Of a DNA stretch of 64,000 nt, positions 63,001 to 64,000 are shown piece by piece. The notes under the pieces were generated by a model that searched no databases, had not been told where the DNA came from, and saw only the letters and a program-made list of their open reading frames with translations. Source of the stretch: Pecten maximus (taxonomy: Eukaryota); assembly GCF_902652985.1 (NCBI RefSeq), contig NC_047031.1, positions 27,900,001 to 27,964,000 on the forward strand, written 5' to 3'. The first letter of the stretch is position 1. Each line of letters begins with the position of its first letter. Position numbers and translations under genes: made by a program.

Positions 63001-63580
63001 TCACATATAATGTCAGATGTCATAGGAGTAGGACAGAGAAATAAGGTTGTTCACCGGTAACCATTTACGTCTGCAAAGTGCGAAGGGAAATCACTTGGTG
63101 ACTCGTATGAATCCTAATAATACTTTTACAAAATTAAAAAACAAAAAATATGTCTAATATTGCAATTGATATATTAGAGAAAAGATTCTTTGTCATAATA
63201 ACCACTGACAGCCAAAAAAAAAAAAAAAAAAAAAAAGTTTGAAAAAAAATGTACATGTAGCTCTTCTGTTAAAAAATGGATGCTTCCTTATGTGGCGGGT
63301 GTATACTTCGAGGAGTTCCGAGTGGTACCATCGTCACTTTAATCTTGTTATATCCTCGCATGTTATACGGACGAAGGCGCTAGTCAGGGACTTGCTCGAG
63401 TAATTGGTCTCAACATGGAGCACATGATATCAGACCCGGTCACACTGTACTGTCATATGTCCTGGTCGTCACCGATTTCAACCTAACAGGTCAAATAGGT
63501 CATTTCTTATCTCTTCCTCTACTTCACCCATATCGTATTGGAAATGTTGACATGAGCCGTGTATCTTAAGTTGTCTTTAC

Positions 63581-63778
63581 TTAAACAGTAAGGTATCTGT
63601 TTATCACTTTAACCATCTCCTTCAGTGTAGTTTCTATGTCCGCCTTATCGTGACTCTTGATGAACATGTGGTTATTCCCATTACACCCCGTAGATATGGC
63701 AATTGAAAATGGACTCTTGCTAATCACCCTTGTTTGACCAGTTGAAGTGCAAGGGTAGTCTTTCTGATGAGGAAACAC
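63581..63778 (-). CDS. Possible terminal exon of a gene continuing beyond the window
   Basis: Polypyrimidine tract and AG (ttttcgtttgtttattctttttttcgatgtaag) precede an open frame VFPHQKDYPC...VINRYLTV*. No recognisable domain. Confidence 0.3.
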   Translation of the reverse strand: MFPHQKDYPCTSTGQTRVISKSPFSIAISTGCNGNNHMFIKSHDKADIETTLKEMVKVINRYLTV

Positions 63779-63849
63779 CTTACATCGAAAAAAGAATAAA
63801 CAAACGAAAACAAACTAGATTTGATCAAGATCAAAACACGGGATTGCCA

Positions 63850-64000
63850 ACTAGAAAATGATCGCAGACATGTTCTCGTTCTGACGAACGCTTTTGTACG
63901 TTTTACCTACGATTTCTCTTCGTTTTTCTCTTCGCTTCCCTTCTTTAACCGATCAATTGACTTTCAACCTTGTCTATGACCTTGAACTTCGAAGGTCAAG
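63850..64000 (+). mobile_element. Probable start of a Helentron/HINE-type repeat, truncated by the window end
   Basis: actagaaaatg... followed by the tgaccttgaacttcgaaggtcaa stem motif. Confidence 0.35.

Overview
AT-rich, intron-containing animal genomic DNA. It is most likely from a bivalve mollusc, an inference from SINE and Helentron-type repeats and from gene content. Six multi-exon genes were reconstructed by hand from GT-AG sites with consistent intron phases: (1) a ZP-domain membrane protein (-, 3716-10399); (2) a low-complexity, probably secreted Pro/Gly/Met-rich protein (+, ~16.7-21.9 kb); (3-5) three tandem minus-strand secreted proteins built from antistasin-like Cys modules, including a ~1340-aa protein with a large Gly/Ser (GGSPF) repeat domain and a paralog with an in-frame TAG; (6) a cathepsin L-like protease (+, 49098-57967). 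Introns and intergenic DNA hold minisatellites, SINEs and palindromic MITE-like elements. The most striking observation is two arrays (~12610-13140 on +, ~54697-55175 on -) of a ~49-bp unit that is essentially only a hammerhead ribozyme: CUGANGA, stem II, GAAA, palindromic stem III, GUA cleavage triplet. All assignments come from manual reading; no database searches or folding programs were run.
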